From positions 1-64,000 of IMG/VR virus record IMGVR_UViG_3300025065_000001: a DNA stretch of 64,000 nucleotides. One strand, 5' to 3'. The notes under the pieces are model-generated. The model was not told the DNA's origin. It searched no databases and saw only the letters and a list, made by a program, of their open reading frames with translations. Every line of letters begins with the position of its first letter. Position 1 is the first letter of the stretch. The position numbers and the translations under genes are program-made. Below are positions 47,690-57,753 of this stretch, one piece after another. Origin of the DNA: a virus.

Positions 47690-47907
47690 AACCACAAATC
47701 CCTAGAACATGCGAGGTTATCGAATCTGAAGGTTAAAGCATCGTGAGCGTTTCTAACGTGGTCAAAACAAACGCTCTCAAAAACAACAGCATCGTCGTTT
47801 TTAGTTATCTTTTCGAAAGGCCCTCGGATTGGTGCTTGCTGAGTTACCGTCGCATACTCATGGCAGTATTTACAGTAAGGGACTTTAAATCGTGGTTTCT
47901 CTATCAT
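47686..47907 (-). CDS. small zinc-finger-like protein (paralog B)
   Basis: YCKYCHEYATV...CFDH. Confidence 0.6.
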   Translation of the reverse strand: MIEKPRFKVPYCKYCHEYATVTQQAPIRGPFEKITKNDDAVVFESVCFDHVRNAHDALTFRFDNLACSRDLWL

Positions 47908-47954
47908 AAAATCAATTCCCAAATCAAAGGCTGGCTTTCACCAGCCTATAAAAG

Positions 47955-49979
47955 TTAAACAGCTACGCGGTTCTCGGCATCTAGTTCTTTATGTGATGCC
48001 TGTAAAACCTGTCCGATATGAGGCGTGATACGTTGGATACATTGCCATGTGAAGCTGGCTCGTGTGTCGTCCATCGCGCTATCAATCTCGTCTAACATCA
48101 TTAAAGGTAATACACGGTGAGTCAAAATACGACCTAAACCTATGCGTAGCGTTAAATTAGCAAGGTCTTTACCCGAACCTGATAGCGTTCTTAGCGGCTG
48201 GCCATCAACAACAACCTCGAAATCCTGTCCCACTTCAACGGACTGGAATTCGCCACCGGTCATTTCACTCATAAGCATCGAGGCCACTTTATTAAGCGAA
48301 GGCAATAGGTGACTCTGAACCTTAGCTTTCACCACTTTAAGTGCTTCACGGGCCCGAGACAGTTCCGATAAACGCTCTTCCTCGGCAGCTACACCATCAA
48401 TACTTTTATTATAGGTGGCCAAAGCCTGTTCGTACTGCCCCGAAAGGTGCTCGTAGTTCGCCCATTCTTGACGGGCCGACTCTAGTTGGCTAATAACATT
48501 ACGTAAGGTCGCTTCAGTATTCTCAGGGAATTGCTGTGTAATACTGTTAAGCGTTTCTTGCGCTTGGTCATACCTAGCTGTAGCCTCAGCATAAGCTTGC
48601 ATTAAACCTTCAAAATGCGTTGCTTGACTGTCATACATCCGCATCTGGTTATCATACTGGTCTTTTATCCGCTTACAGGTACCTTCCCAGTTCTTAATTT
48701 GCTGGTCATTCATCTGAGAAATATTCGATACATGGCTCTTATAGTCCTTGTTCTCTTTCTCAAACTGCAGTATTGCAGACTTAGCCGTGCGAACTTCATG
48801 AAGCGCGGTTCTCAAATCATCAATATTTAAGCTCTGCAGCTCTTCTAATACCGTGTCATGCCTCTTGTTTATTTCAATTTGGGCAGCGATATCATTCCAT
48901 TGCTTAATGGTTAAGCTCGGTGCCTTTTCCCTTAAACGTAATTTTTCCAGTTCTGCAATCTCTGCCGACAAATGGAAGTGATGGTTACATTTAGGACACT
49001 CAATCGTGTGTGAAGCCTTGAGCTCTTGGATACGAGTATAACGCTCGTGTTCGGCCCAAGCTTCATAAAGCTCTCCTATTTCGGGCCACTCGGCGTTAGG
49101 TTCACAAGGCTTGTACTGTGCCTCGAGACGCAAGAACTCAGCTTCAACCTTCACCGCTTTATCAAGGTTATTCTGAAGGTTCAGTTCCACGGTGGTTAAC
49201 TGGGATACTGTGCTTGGCATACCGTTAGTTAACGTCGGGAACTCAGGGGCTTTCATCGTAGGCGATAGAAGCTGTGGTTTTTCTGGGTAAATCGGCTCTT
49301 CGGGTTGTACAGGTTTTGTTGGCTCCGTTGGTACCGAGACCGCTTTTGCCGTTAACCAGTTCTCAAGACTTGTTTTATACGTTGCTAGCGCATTCTCGAT
49401 ATCGGCCTTAGGAGTTTGAGGTTGAGTCGGCGCCACAGGTTCTACCAAGTTCTTTTTGTGAGTGTCGATAACCGCACGCAGTTCTCTAATCTCTCCGGCC
49501 ATATTATTAGCAAGCCCATCCATCTGTGTAAGGCCAGCTACCGAATCAATCATTTGTTTACGTTCAGTTGGGCGCATATCCGCAAGCGCTTGGATATCAC
49601 CTTGAGCGCACCAGTGAGCAATACGGAATACATCAAAGCCATAACCCAGGGTTCTAACTACCCACTGATTTACAGGCTTGGTACCACTTACGATAGGCTC
49701 ATTTTTATGGAAGACTTCAGACTTAGATTTGGTACGGTTGATAGTGTACGTCTCGCCATTGATAGCAATAACAACCTCTACCTTCATTCGCTTGTAATCG
49801 CCAGCAATGCCGCGTAGTGCTTTGTTACCGAAGAGGGCAAAGCCTACCATTTCAAAGTTAAGTGATTTACCTTTGCCGTTCGCTCCGGTGATCAAGGTCG
49901 AACCCGCATTTAGTTCCAACTCGTTTTTAATTGTTTTGCCGTTCGAGAACGTTAAGTCATATTTAATTAAAGAAAGCAT
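47955..49979 (-). CDS. SbcC/Rad50-like SMC ATPase
   Basis: GANGKGKS Walker A, CPKC zinc hook, LSGSG signature, MLDEID Walker B. Confidence 0.9.
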   Translation of the reverse strand: MLSLIKYDLTFSNGKTIKNELELNAGSTLITGANGKGKSLNFEMVGFALFGNKALRGIAGDYKRMKVEVVIAINGETYTINRTKSKSEVFHKNEPIVSGTKPVNQWVVRTLGYGFDVFRIAHWCAQGDIQALADMRPTERKQMIDSVAGLTQMDGLANNMAGEIRELRAVIDTHKKNLVEPVAPTQPQTPKADIENALATYKTSLENWLTAKAVSVPTEPTKPVQPEEPIYPEKPQLLSPTMKAPEFPTLTNGMPSTVSQLTTVELNLQNNLDKAVKVEAEFLRLEAQYKPCEPNAEWPEIGELYEAWAEHERYTRIQELKASHTIECPKCNHHFHLSAEIAELEKLRLREKAPSLTIKQWNDIAAQIEINKRHDTVLEELQSLNIDDLRTALHEVRTAKSAILQFEKENKDYKSHVSNISQMNDQQIKNWEGTCKRIKDQYDNQMRMYDSQATHFEGLMQAYAEATARYDQAQETLNSITQQFPENTEATLRNVISQLESARQEWANYEHLSGQYEQALATYNKSIDGVAAEEERLSELSRAREALKVVKAKVQSHLLPSLNKVASMLMSEMTGGEFQSVEVGQDFEVVVDGQPLRTLSGSGKDLANLTLRIGLGRILTHRVLPLMMLDEIDSAMDDTRASFTWQCIQRITPHIGQVLQASHKELDAENRVAV

Positions 49980-51004
49980 TATTCCGCCTCCGCGCTTAGG
50001 TCCATAAACTGGCCCCAAAGTTGATTCGTAGTTTCAGTTGAAACGTCGTGTTCCGCCATTGTCGATTTGAAGATGCCTTCTAAGTCGAAGCTATCGAGGT
50101 TAACTTCCAGTTCGTCGTCTTTATTTTCCGACACGCGTTTGAAAGTCAGGCTCAAACAATCCACTTCGGCAATCGGGGCCTCCGTTGGTAGAAGCGTGAT
50201 TCGAAGGTTCATGTTTTTGAACTTATCAGGGTCAGCTTCTAAGGCCGTGGTTGCTTCTTGAAGAGAGAGCGTTATGTAGAGCTGGTTATTTGGGTCCTCG
50301 GCATGCGAGTAGGGTTGCATAGAGCCGGTAACCCAGACTGGCGTATCACCTTCCATAAAAATACGGGGTGTATGATAGTGGCCAGTGATAACCGCAAGTG
50401 CGGTTTGCATTTCTTCAAACGGGATCAAGTTATCTGTCGCTGAGCTATCTTCACTAAAAGCAAGAATGTCCCAATGGCCAAAGGCGAAGAACCCTACCGG
50501 TGGCTTAATCTCGGCAGCAATTTCTTTCGCAGTTTTAAAGGGGTGCCACGGGTAGAAAACAAAATGCTCTTTCTCAATGGTTAGGTAAAGGGCCTTTTCT
50601 GCAACTACGTGAATATTTGGCACATGAGCCACAAGCTGTGTAAATACATCAAACGAGCTCTTGAACTGGGTGTCCCTCGAGGCATCATGGTTGCCGCGAA
50701 TTATCACGAACTGACGGTCACGGTAAGTGCTGGCCGCGAGACGATAAACGTCGGCCGCAAATAAAATATCTTCTTCAGGAACGCGAAACTTATCAAACAA
50801 GTCTCCCATACAAACGTGAAGCTTATACCCTGGCGCATTTACAATGCCGGCAAAGGTATCTTTCACCATTTCTTCGCGCTCACCTTTGCGGTGTGTAGGC
50901 ACGCCAGTATTGAATTTACGTGCTAGGTGAGGGTCACCTAACGTCTGAACAAAAGAGGGGAGTTTAATTAAATCGTTTAGCGATTCGATTGGTAACATTT
51001 GCAT
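49979..51004 (-). CDS. SbcD/Mre11-like metallophosphoesterase nuclease
   Basis: GDPHL, MGDLFD, RGNHD, GHYH. Confidence 0.9.
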   Translation of the reverse strand: MQMLPIESLNDLIKLPSFVQTLGDPHLARKFNTGVPTHRKGEREEMVKDTFAGIVNAPGYKLHVCMGDLFDKFRVPEEDILFAADVYRLAASTYRDRQFVIIRGNHDASRDTQFKSSFDVFTQLVAHVPNIHVVAEKALYLTIEKEHFVFYPWHPFKTAKEIAAEIKPPVGFFAFGHWDILAFSEDSSATDNLIPFEEMQTALAVITGHYHTPRIFMEGDTPVWVTGSMQPYSHAEDPNNQLYITLSLQEATTALEADPDKFKNMNLRITLLPTEAPIAEVDCLSLTFKRVSENKDDELEVNLDSFDLEGIFKSTMAEHDVSTETTNQLWGQFMDLSAEAE

Positions 51005-51014
51005 CGTCAATTTC

Positions 51015-51389
51015 CTAAATAATAATTGAGGGGACTTGGCCCTCAGTAAAGTTAACTCTAATTTTCCAGTTTAAATCTGGGCTAAAATACGGCCAGTATT
51101 CGAGTACAAATCTTTTAATATCTGGATAGACACTAACAGCGTGTCCCAGCACAGCAAAGCATAAAACTCGGTAAGCCGCATTAGGGTTCCTAAGTTCATT
51201 GAAGTCCTCAAACTCTTCGGATTCTTCATCTGGTTCCCAAGGTTGAACAATTCGGGGTAAAAAGTTCTGGTCTGTTATATGTCCTCTTCGCCACAACAAA
51301 ACCAGCTTTGCCAGCCTAGCATTCCTCCAAATTAAAGTATTAATTTCAGTTTCAGCGTGTAAGGCCCATCCACAAGTAACCTCAAGCAT
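51015..51389 (-). CDS. hypothetical protein
   Basis: ORF in replication operon, GGAG SD. Confidence 0.55.
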   Translation of the reverse strand: MLEVTCGWALHAETEINTLIWRNARLAKLVLLWRRGHITDQNFLPRIVQPWEPDEESEEFEDFNELRNPNAAYRVLCFAVLGHAVSVYPDIKRFVLEYWPYFSPDLNWKIRVNFTEGQVPSIII

Positions 51390-51393
51390 AGGT

Positions 51394-51801
51394 TTATCTC
51401 CACGTAAATTGAAACTGCGTGAGTTCTTCAAAACGCATAGACTTCTTAGGCCAGCTTAGAATTAGGGATGCTGGTACTTTAAACCAGCCATCAATACTTA
51501 TGAAATGGAGGTAGAAATAGTAGAGGCCCCCAGCTTTGGTTACCTTGGTTGCTTCGCGCCATTGACGTTTCTCAATTCGAGAGAAATCAAAGCGTGAACT
51601 TTCAGCAATACTTTTTACTTCCGCGTAGGCCGTTAAACCTTTTTCGGTAACAAGATAGTCTGAGGGTTTTGATGAAACGATACGTTTGCGAACGCGAGAC
51701 TTGTTTACATCAGCATGGTCTTCGAAGCGATATACATGAGCGCCCAGCGCTTTCATATTCTCTTCGAAGATATCTTCGGAGGGTTTACCAGTGTTTTGCA
51801 T
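51394..51801 (-). CDS. RecU-like Holliday junction resolvase (PD-D/ExK)
   Basis: GKPSE...PSDYL...YAEVKS...RIEKRQ. Confidence 0.75.
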   Translation of the reverse strand: MQNTGKPSEDIFEENMKALGAHVYRFEDHADVNKSRVRKRIVSSKPSDYLVTEKGLTAYAEVKSIAESSRFDFSRIEKRQWREATKVTKAGGLYYFYLHFISIDGWFKVPASLILSWPKKSMRFEELTQFQFTWR

Positions 51802-51826
51802 CGTCAATTTCCTAATTGTATAAAAC

Positions 51827-52333
51827 TTATTTTGTTTTATTTAGAGTTAATACTCTTTTAGGTTTATCACCTTTATCATCTGATGTTGACTGGCGTGTGC
51901 CGCGTCCCACTTTCTGATTTATGATAATCCCTTGCTTCTTGTTCTTACGTCGAGAGCGTAAGTACATAGAATGTAGTTCAACCATTCTCTTACGAGCATG
52001 GTCTGCTTCGGATTCGGTTACTCTACCGTCAGGCTTTCCCCAGAGGTTAAAGCGCTGGGCACCAGTACGAATACGATTGAGGTATTTTATAGAATTAACG
52101 TGAAAGCCTATCGCATCGTATAGTTCTCTTGAGCTGACTTTCTTAGGAGAAATAACCGCACGAAGTTGCTCATAAATATCCCTACTTAACGGTTTGTTAG
52201 TTAAGATTCGGAATTTATTTTTACGACAATAGGTGACCACCCAAAGCCAGCAATGGATAGGTTTTTCAAATTGTAATTTTTTAGAATTATATTTAAGGCT
52301 TACACCTTCAATTCCAAAAGTGGCGTTATCCAT
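51827..52333 (-). CDS. ProQ/FinO-domain RNA chaperone
   Basis: KPLSRDIYEQL...LYDAIGFHVNSIKYL....GAQRFNLWGKPDGRVTESEADHA matches the FinO-domain pattern (PLxxGI, YL, GxxRxDLxG..G.V). Confidence 0.8.
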   Translation of the reverse strand: MDNATFGIEGVSLKYNSKKLQFEKPIHCWLWVVTYCRKNKFRILTNKPLSRDIYEQLRAVISPKKVSSRELYDAIGFHVNSIKYLNRIRTGAQRFNLWGKPDGRVTESEADHARKRMVELHSMYLRSRRKNKKQGIIINQKVGRGTRQSTSDDKGDKPKRVLTLNKTK

Positions 52334-52356
52334 GCTCAACTCGTCAATTCATATTT

Positions 52357-52382
52357 TAAAAAGGCTCCTAGTGGAGCCTTTA
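52357..52382 (-). terminator. intrinsic terminator
   Basis: AAGGCTCC-ACTA-GGAGCCTT-TTT on minus strand. Confidence 0.65.
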
Positions 52383-52427
52383 TAATTATTATATTAATTA
52401 ATAGGTATTATGCTTAATAATACAGCG

Positions 52428-55400
52428 TTATGCAACGTTAGTAGTAACGACAAACAATTTATTATTAAGTAAGTTGATAAGTCGGTTTTGAATTTCTGGA
52501 TGTAATTTAGAAATATATGGATGTAATTCAGAAACTTGCGGAGACCCAGCCAAAGCTTGAAATACATAGGCTTTCAAATTTCCTGGCACTTCTTCAAGAC
52601 CTGTGAACATCGTACTGTGGGAGAGCTCTTTAGCCCTTCTCACATCCTCAACCCAGCGATTAAAACGTTCATCATCTAAATAATATTTATAAACTGAACG
52701 GACACCTACACGTTTCTTTTCTCTACGATATTTCATACCAAACGAAGTAAGAACGCGGCGAACGAACTCATGACGCTTCTTGTCGGTATCACATAAAGGC
52801 ATGCGGATACCTTGAAGGATTTCTAAATCCCTTGCATGGGCTAATAGAAAATCAAAAGCGCGGTCTTTTTCTAAATCCGTTATTTCACGGCCATCGTAGG
52901 TGGGGATATCATTTAGAAATATCACACCTAAATGGTAGAAGAAGCCACGGCCCAAGCCTTGGTGATCTGCAAACGCCGTTTTATCTTTATCGTGTCGCTT
53001 AGTATCAAAGCGGTTAATCATATCGATAAGGAACAGGTCGTCATTGTTAGCACCCAGCATCAAACCCTTGCGTCTACCATTGAGAGCCTGTGTTGACATA
53101 GTAACTACATCGTTCAGTTCATCCCCAGCCTCGAGGCCAAAGAGTCGCGCTTGGCGTTTCTTAAGTAGCTGGCGTTGTTCCTCTGCGTTTTTCAAAGTCT
53201 GGTTATCTAAAATTTCAAATTCTTCGTCCGTTAACAGCTCAGTATCCCTAAGCTTTTGTTTTTCAACTTCTCGAATCTGATCTGTTAGTTCATCCATCAA
53301 CATTTTCAAATTGTAGCCCTCATCCGAGGCCAGCGTATAAAGCGTGTTAATGTTGTAACCTTCATTTTCTAAAGCGTTTATCAAATTTTTAGAAAAGTGA
53401 TTGAGTTTATTATTTTCAAAACTCTTAAGTTGGCCATACCAGTCTGACCAACCATGGTCGTTTATTTTCAAACGTTCTGTTGCATAATCATATTCAGAAA
53501 TAAACTGCACGCAGAGTTTGTTATCTATAGTGTTACGGTTCCCGTATATCTCTTTTTGAACGATTTCTAAAGGCGCGGTTGGATAACGTCTCGCGTTATC
53601 GAGGTACATAACATGGTAGTCGGTACATTCACGAACGCGGCTCATATGCTGCAAACAATCCGAAGGTAAATTACCCGCCATCTTTGTGAAAAACGCGAAC
53701 GTCTTTTTAAAACGCGCTCCGGCTGCGGTAGCATCGATGGAGTGACCGGTACCCATAGAAGGTGAAGACATAAAAATATCATCGTCTCTCAGATTGCCAT
53801 TCAAGTCTCGAATAAAGGCTTGTACTTCTGGGGTCTGGGAATTGTTACTCGTTATTGTGATAACGCGACGACCATTAATCTCCGTCATGAAGTGTTCGTG
53901 CTCTAGCTGGCTATCTCCACCCATTTCCTCAATAATTGTGGCCGCTTTCTTAAGTACGTCCACTTTAGAATTTGAAGCATAGAATAGGCCTGTAGTCTTG
54001 GCCTCACACATCAAAGCTTCTACGAACGCTGAAGTATCCCCTTTACCATCGGTATCTTGGTACAGCGTCACTTGGCGCTGTTGCTCCTTTGCGGGACGGT
54101 ACTTATTAACGATAACGTTAATCGTGCGGTCTTCAGGAAGGATACCAAATTGCGGGTCTCTCATTAGGTCCACGAACTCTTTGTTTAAGTCAGCATCCAT
54201 ACAGATTACGAACTTGGCCCCAGCGATAATCTCACGTAAGACTTTTAAACATGCGGCCGGTTTATCAACGGTTGTTGCTTTAATCGCACGCACAAGCTGA
54301 CAAACCTCATCCATGATCACAATGTCGTAGTTCTGACCTTGCAGCTTGTATATCGAGTTAAGACAAATACCTAAGCGCTTCTGCATACGTAACGAGTGCA
54401 GCCGTTCGCTTTCGATTTCGTTATAGTCTGCAAGATTGAACTGCTTAGAGAGTGAGTTAACCAACGAGATTAGCTGGCTGATAGCGATAACTCGACCATC
54501 AAAGTCTTGTACTTGTTGCTTCAACATATAAGTCTTACCGGTACCTTTCTCACTTTTTACCAGTGTAATACCTGGTCGTAGTCGTAGCTCCGGTAGATAG
54601 CGTTGGTCTATTACCATAGCTTTATTATCAAATTCTTCCAGTCTAGATTCGGTGGCCTCGGTCTTACTCATAAAGGTTTCAATAGACTCACGCAGCTCAA
54701 AGTTTCGCTCCCCCTCCACAAACGAGTGAATCGTAGGATTGTAGTCACCGTAGCGGCCAGCGTTAGCGTAGAACTTGGCTTTTGAATAACCTTTCTCAGG
54801 GCGTAGTGGGTCTTGTAACTGAGCGCCATCATAAAGCGTTGGATTTAAGAACGCTTCAAGCACACTGGTAATACGACCATCTTCAAACTCAAGAATATCG
54901 GCAGGGTGAAGTATTTTGTTCTCATGTGCCTTAACAATCTTCATGGCCTCGTCACGAGAAAGCGGCATCTGAGTATAATGTGTCGTGTTCACCATTCGCT
55001 GAACTTTGATTTCTCTGAATTCAGAGACACGGTTTATAACATCCTCAGATTGCTTTTCCAGCTCAACCACACGACGGAATTCTTTATCTTGGGTTGGGGT
55101 GTAGTCTTTGAGTAGTGTGGTTTTTAACGAGCGCTTACCTCTTCGGTTAATCTCACCTTTTGGTAACTTCTGGTAGAACGATTCTTTTAGTTTGATGAAG
55201 GCACCGGCTTCGAAACATAGACGTTCAGGCTGGAAAACCGAGGTATCAAAAATCGTTCTTGGTAGTCGTCCACCGCTAGCACTTACTTTAATGTGGCCTA
55301 ACCCAGCCATCCAGCAGCGCTTCTCAAGCATTTTACCAAACCGAGCAATATCTTCCCCTTTATCAACGAGCATATAAATGTGGAAGCCATCCGCAGGGCG

Positions 55401-55931
55401 AATTACTTTATTGGTTTCTTTGTCAAACAATGACGTTGAAGTACTGTAAGTTCTGATATAGTCCGTGTTGTTTAGTTCTAATTCTGGAACCGCACTATTC
55501 AGATGAGTTAGGAAATCTTCAGGATTGGTGATTTTTAGCTTAGCGTGCTCGTCTTTATCATAATCGAATAGGATTAGACTTGGACCTTTTGTGATCATAG
55601 ATTTCGAAGAACGTGTGCCATACACACCGGTTTCATCTACGTGCACTGGGTATTCATAGCCACGGCGCTCAAACTCGTTACTGGTTAGGACCTCTACAAA
55701 CTCGTGGTCCGTATCCATAACGCCAGGGGTAAAACACTGGTTAGGCTCTAAGCTTTTTATAAAATCGGGTAACTGTGAGAGTGTTAGCTGCACTCGTTTT
55801 GCTGTACCTGTCACCATCTTAGGTGCATCACTTACAATTTTACCATGCTCCATTCGTAGCTCTTTGGTGAGCACTCCGGTGGAGTTCGTAAAAAGTGTCA
55901 GGTAAAACGGTTGTTCTACTTGGTTAGCCAT
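52428..55931 (-). CDS. primase-polymerase (AEP-like) fused to SF2-type origin-binding helicase
   Basis: LFDYDKD and GFHIY AEP-like motifs; SEKGTGKT Walker A; IMDE Walker B; QHMSRVR motif VI. Confidence 0.7.
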   Translation of the reverse strand: MANQVEQPFYLTLFTNSTGVLTKELRMEHGKIVSDAPKMVTGTAKRVQLTLSQLPDFIKSLEPNQCFTPGVMDTDHEFVEVLTSNEFERRGYEYPVHVDETGVYGTRSSKSMITKGPSLILFDYDKDEHAKLKITNPEDFLTHLNSAVPELELNNTDYIRTYSTSTSLFDKETNKVIRPADGFHIYMLVDKGEDIARFGKMLEKRCWMAGLGHIKVSASGGRLPRTIFDTSVFQPERLCFEAGAFIKLKESFYQKLPKGEINRRGKRSLKTTLLKDYTPTQDKEFRRVVELEKQSEDVINRVSEFREIKVQRMVNTTHYTQMPLSRDEAMKIVKAHENKILHPADILEFEDGRITSVLEAFLNPTLYDGAQLQDPLRPEKGYSKAKFYANAGRYGDYNPTIHSFVEGERNFELRESIETFMSKTEATESRLEEFDNKAMVIDQRYLPELRLRPGITLVKSEKGTGKTYMLKQQVQDFDGRVIAISQLISLVNSLSKQFNLADYNEIESERLHSLRMQKRLGICLNSIYKLQGQNYDIVIMDEVCQLVRAIKATTVDKPAACLKVLREIIAGAKFVICMDADLNKEFVDLMRDPQFGILPEDRTINVIVNKYRPAKEQQRQVTLYQDTDGKGDTSAFVEALMCEAKTTGLFYASNSKVDVLKKAATIIEEMGGDSQLEHEHFMTEINGRRVITITSNNSQTPEVQAFIRDLNGNLRDDDIFMSSPSMGTGHSIDATAAGARFKKTFAFFTKMAGNLPSDCLQHMSRVRECTDYHVMYLDNARRYPTAPLEIVQKEIYGNRNTIDNKLCVQFISEYDYATERLKINDHGWSDWYGQLKSFENNKLNHFSKNLINALENEGYNINTLYTLASDEGYNLKMLMDELTDQIREVEKQKLRDTELLTDEEFEILDNQTLKNAEEQRQLLKKRQARLFGLEAGDELNDVVTMSTQALNGRRKGLMLGANNDDLFLIDMINRFDTKRHDKDKTAFADHQGLGRGFFYHLGVIFLNDIPTYDGREITDLEKDRAFDFLLAHARDLEILQGIRMPLCDTDKKRHEFVRRVLTSFGMKYRREKKRVGVRSVYKYYLDDERFNRWVEDVRRAKELSHSTMFTGLEEVPGNLKAYVFQALAGSPQVSELHPYISKLHPEIQNRLINLLNNKLFVVTTNVA

Positions 55932-55981
55932 CGTCAATTCAATCCAAATTGTAGCGGCCCTCTAAGTGAGGGCCGACTTCA

Positions 55982-56590
55982 TCAAAGTTTACTTAGGTCT
56001 GCAGGGGTGTAATCAACAGACTTAAGCACTTTGCCAGCAGCATAGCTTTTACCATCTTTATCGGTACTCTCTTTTTTGACCTTAACGGCCCAGAGCGCGG
56101 TACCTTCATTTTTATTTTTATTGGTAAGTTTTACAGGTTTTGCTTCAACACTAACACCCAAGGTGGTGTAGTGGTCGAGTGTCGCTTGCACGTTATCATC
56201 GTTACATAGCTTACTCATATTCGAGTGATGGACAATATCCCAAGCTTTTAGGATATCGAAGTTTATTTCTTCGGAAGCCGATAGAAGTGTTTCTATGATG
56301 TTTAGTTCCCAAGCAGGCATGTGATTTAGGGTATGGTAGGACTGAACATACTTACCAAACAACACATATAGACTATCTACAATAGCATCTATTTTATCTA
56401 CTCGGGTTTCTGCGCTGAAAAGCTCACGCATTTCCTCGCGGTAGAGGTCGAAGTGTAAGTTTAAAGATTCCGTGGTGAATCCAACATCAATAGGTAAGTC
56501 AAAAGCGGTTCTAAAATCTACAATATTCGCAAAGAACTTCTCGAAAATTTCAGCCGTTAAAAAGTTATATTTAATACCATGAAGTAGCAT
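55982..56590 (-). CDS. MazG-like/PRA-PH nucleotide pyrophosphohydrolase
   Basis: EEMREL..DAIVDSLYV..VHHSNMSK..GKVLKS. Confidence 0.8.
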   Translation of the reverse strand: MLLHGIKYNFLTAEIFEKFFANIVDFRTAFDLPIDVGFTTESLNLHFDLYREEMRELFSAETRVDKIDAIVDSLYVLFGKYVQSYHTLNHMPAWELNIIETLLSASEEINFDILKAWDIVHHSNMSKLCNDDNVQATLDHYTTLGVSVEAKPVKLTNKNKNEGTALWAVKVKKESTDKDGKSYAAGKVLKSVDYTPADLSKL

Positions 56591-56679
56591 CGTCAATTTC
56601 CTTTAATTTTTAAGTATGAGACCAGCATTATAAAAAGTAATCAAGTGAGTTGCTGGCAAACTAACTGGATTTTTATTAA

Positions 56680-56901
56680 TCAGATTAGTCTTCCTGAATC
56701 GTTTTTCTCAATGGTTGTAAGGTCGTTCTCCGGTTTTGGTTCTTGAAACGGTTCATAAGGTTCTGAACCTAGAGCCATTTTCTTAGATTTAGCGATTCGC
56801 TCTCGTATATAGCGGGGGATAATATAGAGCGCTGTAATTAACAGCGCTACCCATAAACCCCAAACGTAAAACTCTAGTTCGGTATTCAAAATTCTCTCCA
56901 A
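56680..56901 (-). CDS. small membrane protein
   Basis: Single TM segment. Confidence 0.5.
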   Translation of the reverse strand: MERILNTELEFYVWGLWVALLITALYIIPRYIRERIAKSKKMALGSEPYEPFQEPKPENDLTTIEKNDSGRLI

Positions 56902-57572
56902 GGTTCTGCGTCCGGCATATCAACTTCTTCCCACTGCGGGTCGTCAAACTCCGGTCCTAGTTCCTCAAACTCGGGTTCGTTAGCGGAAACCACGAATTCA
57001 GACATTATCTTGTGCACCAAATCATAAGTTAGGTCACAATCAGCAACGGCGCGATGTAGCGTTCCTTTGGGCGTAATGCCTTCTAGTGCTGCGGCATCTA
57101 CAAGCTTAAAGCTGCGGTTGCGACCATGAAGGTGATTGTAGATACGCGCTCGTCTCGAGTACTCGGTCATAGCACAGAAGTACTCTTTAGCACCAAAGTA
57201 ACCGTTACAGTTAATATTCCACGCCGCATTGGTTTGCACTAGCATTTGGATATCGAAGTTCGCGTTATAAATGATCACGGTCTTTCCCTTTACCGCTTCC
57301 ATCAGCTTATAGCGAACCTCCGGCCAAGTAGGTGCCAAAGCACAAGACTGAAGGCTAATGCCGTGAACAGCTTGTGCTTTAGGGTCGATATCCCGAGTAG
57401 GGCGTACCAGCGTATCGAGTAATACTTTTCCGGTTAGGCCATCTTTTACCGCAATTTCTACGATTTGATGGCCATGGCCTATACCTGTCGTTTCAGTATC
57501 TAGCGTGCACCAGTGTTTTCCAAGTAGATACGAAAACGGAGCTGGTAAATTATTTCCGGTTGCTGGGGCCAT
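56886..57572 (-). CDS. DEDDh 3'-5' exonuclease (DnaQ-like)
   Basis: LDTETTG, YNANFD, HRAVAD. Confidence 0.9.
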   Translation of the reverse strand: MAPATGNNLPAPFSYLLGKHWCTLDTETTGIGHGHQIVEIAVKDGLTGKVLLDTLVRPTRDIDPKAQAVHGISLQSCALAPTWPEVRYKLMEAVKGKTVIIYNANFDIQMLVQTNAAWNINCNGYFGAKEYFCAMTEYSRRARIYNHLHGRNRSFKLVDAAALEGITPKGTLHRAVADCDLTYDLVHKIMSEFVVSANEPEFEELGPEFDDPQWEEVDMPDAEPWREF

Positions 57573-57753
57573 GTGTGTCTCTCAGTAAAGGATGTTGCGG
57601 GTTTAGTTCCCGCAACGCATGTTCAAGTAATAAGGCGCGTTCTATCTGGCTACTTATTTGTGTGATAAGTCGAGACTTATCACACAAAGAACCACAACAG
57701 AATTCAGCCTCAGGGGTAAGCTGTACTATCACCCCAGGAATATGCGAACTCAT
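57550..57753 (-). CDS. hypothetical protein
   Basis: ATGA-coupled to polymerase gene. Confidence 0.5.
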   Translation of the reverse strand: MSSHIPGVIVQLTPEAEFCCGSLCDKSRLITQISSQIERALLLEHALRELNPQHPLLRDTHGPSNRK

